NCBI GenBank assembly: GCA_002269645.1
Contig: NIVC01001377.1
Span: 62,001-126,000, forward strand
Direction of reading: 5' to 3'
Length of the DNA: 64,000 nt
DNA from: Macrostomum lignano
Taxonomy: Eukaryota
Numbering within the stretch: the stretch's first letter is position 1; every line of letters starts with the position of its first letter. Under the pieces are notes generated by a model, which did no database searches, had not been told where the DNA came from, and worked only from the letters and a program-made list of their open reading frames with translations. The translations under genes and the position numbers were made by a program. Of this stretch, positions 56,691 to 64,000 are shown piece after piece.

Positions 56691-58013
56691 TCGCTGGCCA
56701 CTTCAGCGGGCACAGCAAAGAACCTCAGCAGGCGGCACACTCGACTCGAAGACGCGAAGACGCAGCCCAGACATTCTGGGCGGCGGTGGCAGGCGGCAGC
56801 GCACTGGAATTCAACGGCCGCTGGGAAGCTGCTCAGAACGACGGTTCCATCGACAGCTGAGATCACCGGCATGGCGGAGACGGAGAACTTCTTCATTGTT
56901 GAATCAACTGGAAGGAATTTTCAAAGGTAGGAATATGCAAGAGCCAACCAGGAGGTGAGCAGTCATGTCCATTCCGCTGACTTACTATAAGAGCCAACCA
57001 GGAGGTGAGCAGTCATGTCCATTCCGCTGACTTACTATAAGAGTCAACCAGGAGGTGAGCAGTCATGTCCATTCCGCTGACTTACTATAAGAGCCAACCA
57101 GGAGGTGAGCAGTCATGTCCATTCCGCTGACTTACTATAAGAGCCAACCAGGAGGTGAGCAGTCATGTCCATTCCGCTGACTTACTATAAGAGCCAACCA
57201 GGAGGTGAGCAGTCATGTCCATTCCGCTGACTTACTATAAGAGTCAACCAGGAGGTGAGCAGTCATGTCCATTCCGCTGACTTACTATAAGAGCCAACCA
57301 GGAGGTGAGCAGTCATGTCCATTCCGCTGACTTACTATAAGAGCCAACCAGGAGGTGAGCAGTCATGTCCATTCCGCTGACTTACTATAAGAGCCAACCA
57401 GGAGGTGAGCAGTCATATCCATTCCGCTGACTTACTATAAGAGCCAACCAGGAGGTGAGCAGTCATATCCATTCCGCTGACTTACTATAAGAGCCAACCA
57501 GGAGGTGAGCAGTCATATCCATTCCGCTGACTTACTATAAGGACAAACACAAACACAGATACGTACGCACGCACACACGCTCACACGGGGCGCTCACAGC
57601 GGCCCAGACTTTTCTTTGAAGTTTAGTCCCCTGGGGACAGGGAATCAGTATAAGCTATTGGGGGCATGCCAATGCTTTGTCCTTAATTGTGACCCGTTAT
57701 GGACATCGATAACTTTGCTTCAGGGCGCCAAAATGAGTACCTGTGGCGCCAAAATGAGTGCTTACAATATACAGATTCCCAATAATATAATGTAGGAATC
57801 TAGCCATGTGGAATTATTGGCTTGGCCCCCCGACCACTAAAAAATCTATGACTACGCCATGTACAGGTCTACATGTACATGTAGGCGTTGACTGGCCGGC
57901 TATTTTGGCTTAAACTTACACGGCTTGTAGAACAGTTCAAAGATTGAATTCCTGGAATATCCACCGCAGATCTGGCTCGAATTTCCAGTGCATGTCGCGC
58001 GGCAGTCACCCTC
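56652..58013. repeat. Copy 1 of a 1362-bp direct duplication (copy 2 at 61717-63078)
   Basis: Constant offset of 5065. It includes the PAN exon, twelve 50-bp repeats with the same variant order, and the 3' part of the WSC exon. Confidence 0.95.
56941..57540. repeat. 50-bp tandem repeat, 12 copies (intronic; duplicated at 62006-62605)
   Basis: Unit GAGCCAACCAGGAGGTGAGCAGTCATGTCCATTCCGCTGACTTACTATAA. Confidence 0.96.
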
Positions 58014-63396
<5,383 letters not shown>

Positions 63397-63685
63397 GCTT
63401 TCTATTGTGCGAATTTTGATCAATGATTCACCAGCAGAGCAGTTGAGTTTTGTTAAACTGATGCAGAGTAGACTCAACTCTTTCAACACAGTAGACAGCT
63501 TAAAAAGCTTTTATAATTCTTGACGAAAGCCAATCGCGTTTTAGCTGGCAGCAATTCTTTTCCTGCAGACACCTGGCATACCCGGTAGCCATGACAACTG
63601 CTATTTTTTGTTGACTTGTAAAATGCAGTGTATGCGTGAATAAAATTCAGGGAGCATGTGAAAGCTGCCATGCATATGAGCTCAA

Positions 63686-64000
63686 CCATTATCCAGGTAA
63701 TAAATCTCTAGTTAGAGACCCCATTATCAAGGTAATAAATCTCCAGTTAGAGACCCCATTATCCAGGTAATAAATCTCTAGTTACAGACCTCATTATCCA
63801 GGTAATAAATCTCCAGTTAGAGACCTCATTATCCAGGTAATAAATCTCTAATTAGAGACGCCATTATCCAGGTAATAAATCTCTAGTTACAGACCCCATT
63901 ATCCAGGTAATAAATCTCTAGTTAGAGACCTCATTATTCAGGTAATAAATCTCCAGTTAGAGACCCCATTATCCAGGTAATAAATCTCTAGTTGGAGACC
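63686..64000. repeat. 35-bp tandem repeat (CCATTATCCAGGTAATAAATCTCTAGTTAGAGACC), runs off window
   Basis: Tandem copies. Confidence 0.93.

Overview
This is a repeat-rich eukaryotic (animal) genomic window. It resembles flatworm sequence such as Macrostomum, but that is an unverified impression. The centrepiece is a complete 16.7-kb Polinton/Maverick (adintovirus-like) endogenous virus at 19269-35982. It has 420-bp terminal inverted repeats, AG...CT ends and a 6-bp target-site duplication (GAGGGG). It encodes a PLA2, an rve integrase, protein-primed PolB, an adenain-like protease, a packaging ATPase, and major and minor capsid proteins. Near its right end is a module I cannot assign to known Polinton biology: a TATA box, a canonical minimal type-I hammerhead ribozyme (34954-34996, minus strand), and 24 copies of a 34-bp palindrome in a 60-bp tandem array. 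The virus sits in the last intron of a predicted 4-exon, ~998-aa host gene encoding an N-myristoylation motif, ankyrin repeats and a cGAS-like/Mab-21 nucleotidyltransferase, so the host pre-mRNA would carry the ribozyme in sense orientation. A paralogous ankyrin gene starts at 788 and runs off the left edge. Also present are a tandem three-LTR Gypsy (Mag-like) retrotransposon inside a 15-bp satellite, a 5'-truncated APE-RT-RNaseH LINE flanked by a 1362-bp direct duplication, a WSC+PAN secreted-protein gene, an hnRNP A/B-like fragment, a hAT MITE, a relic of a second Polinton minor capsid gene, and more than 20 unrelated minisatellites that account for most of the spurious long ORFs.
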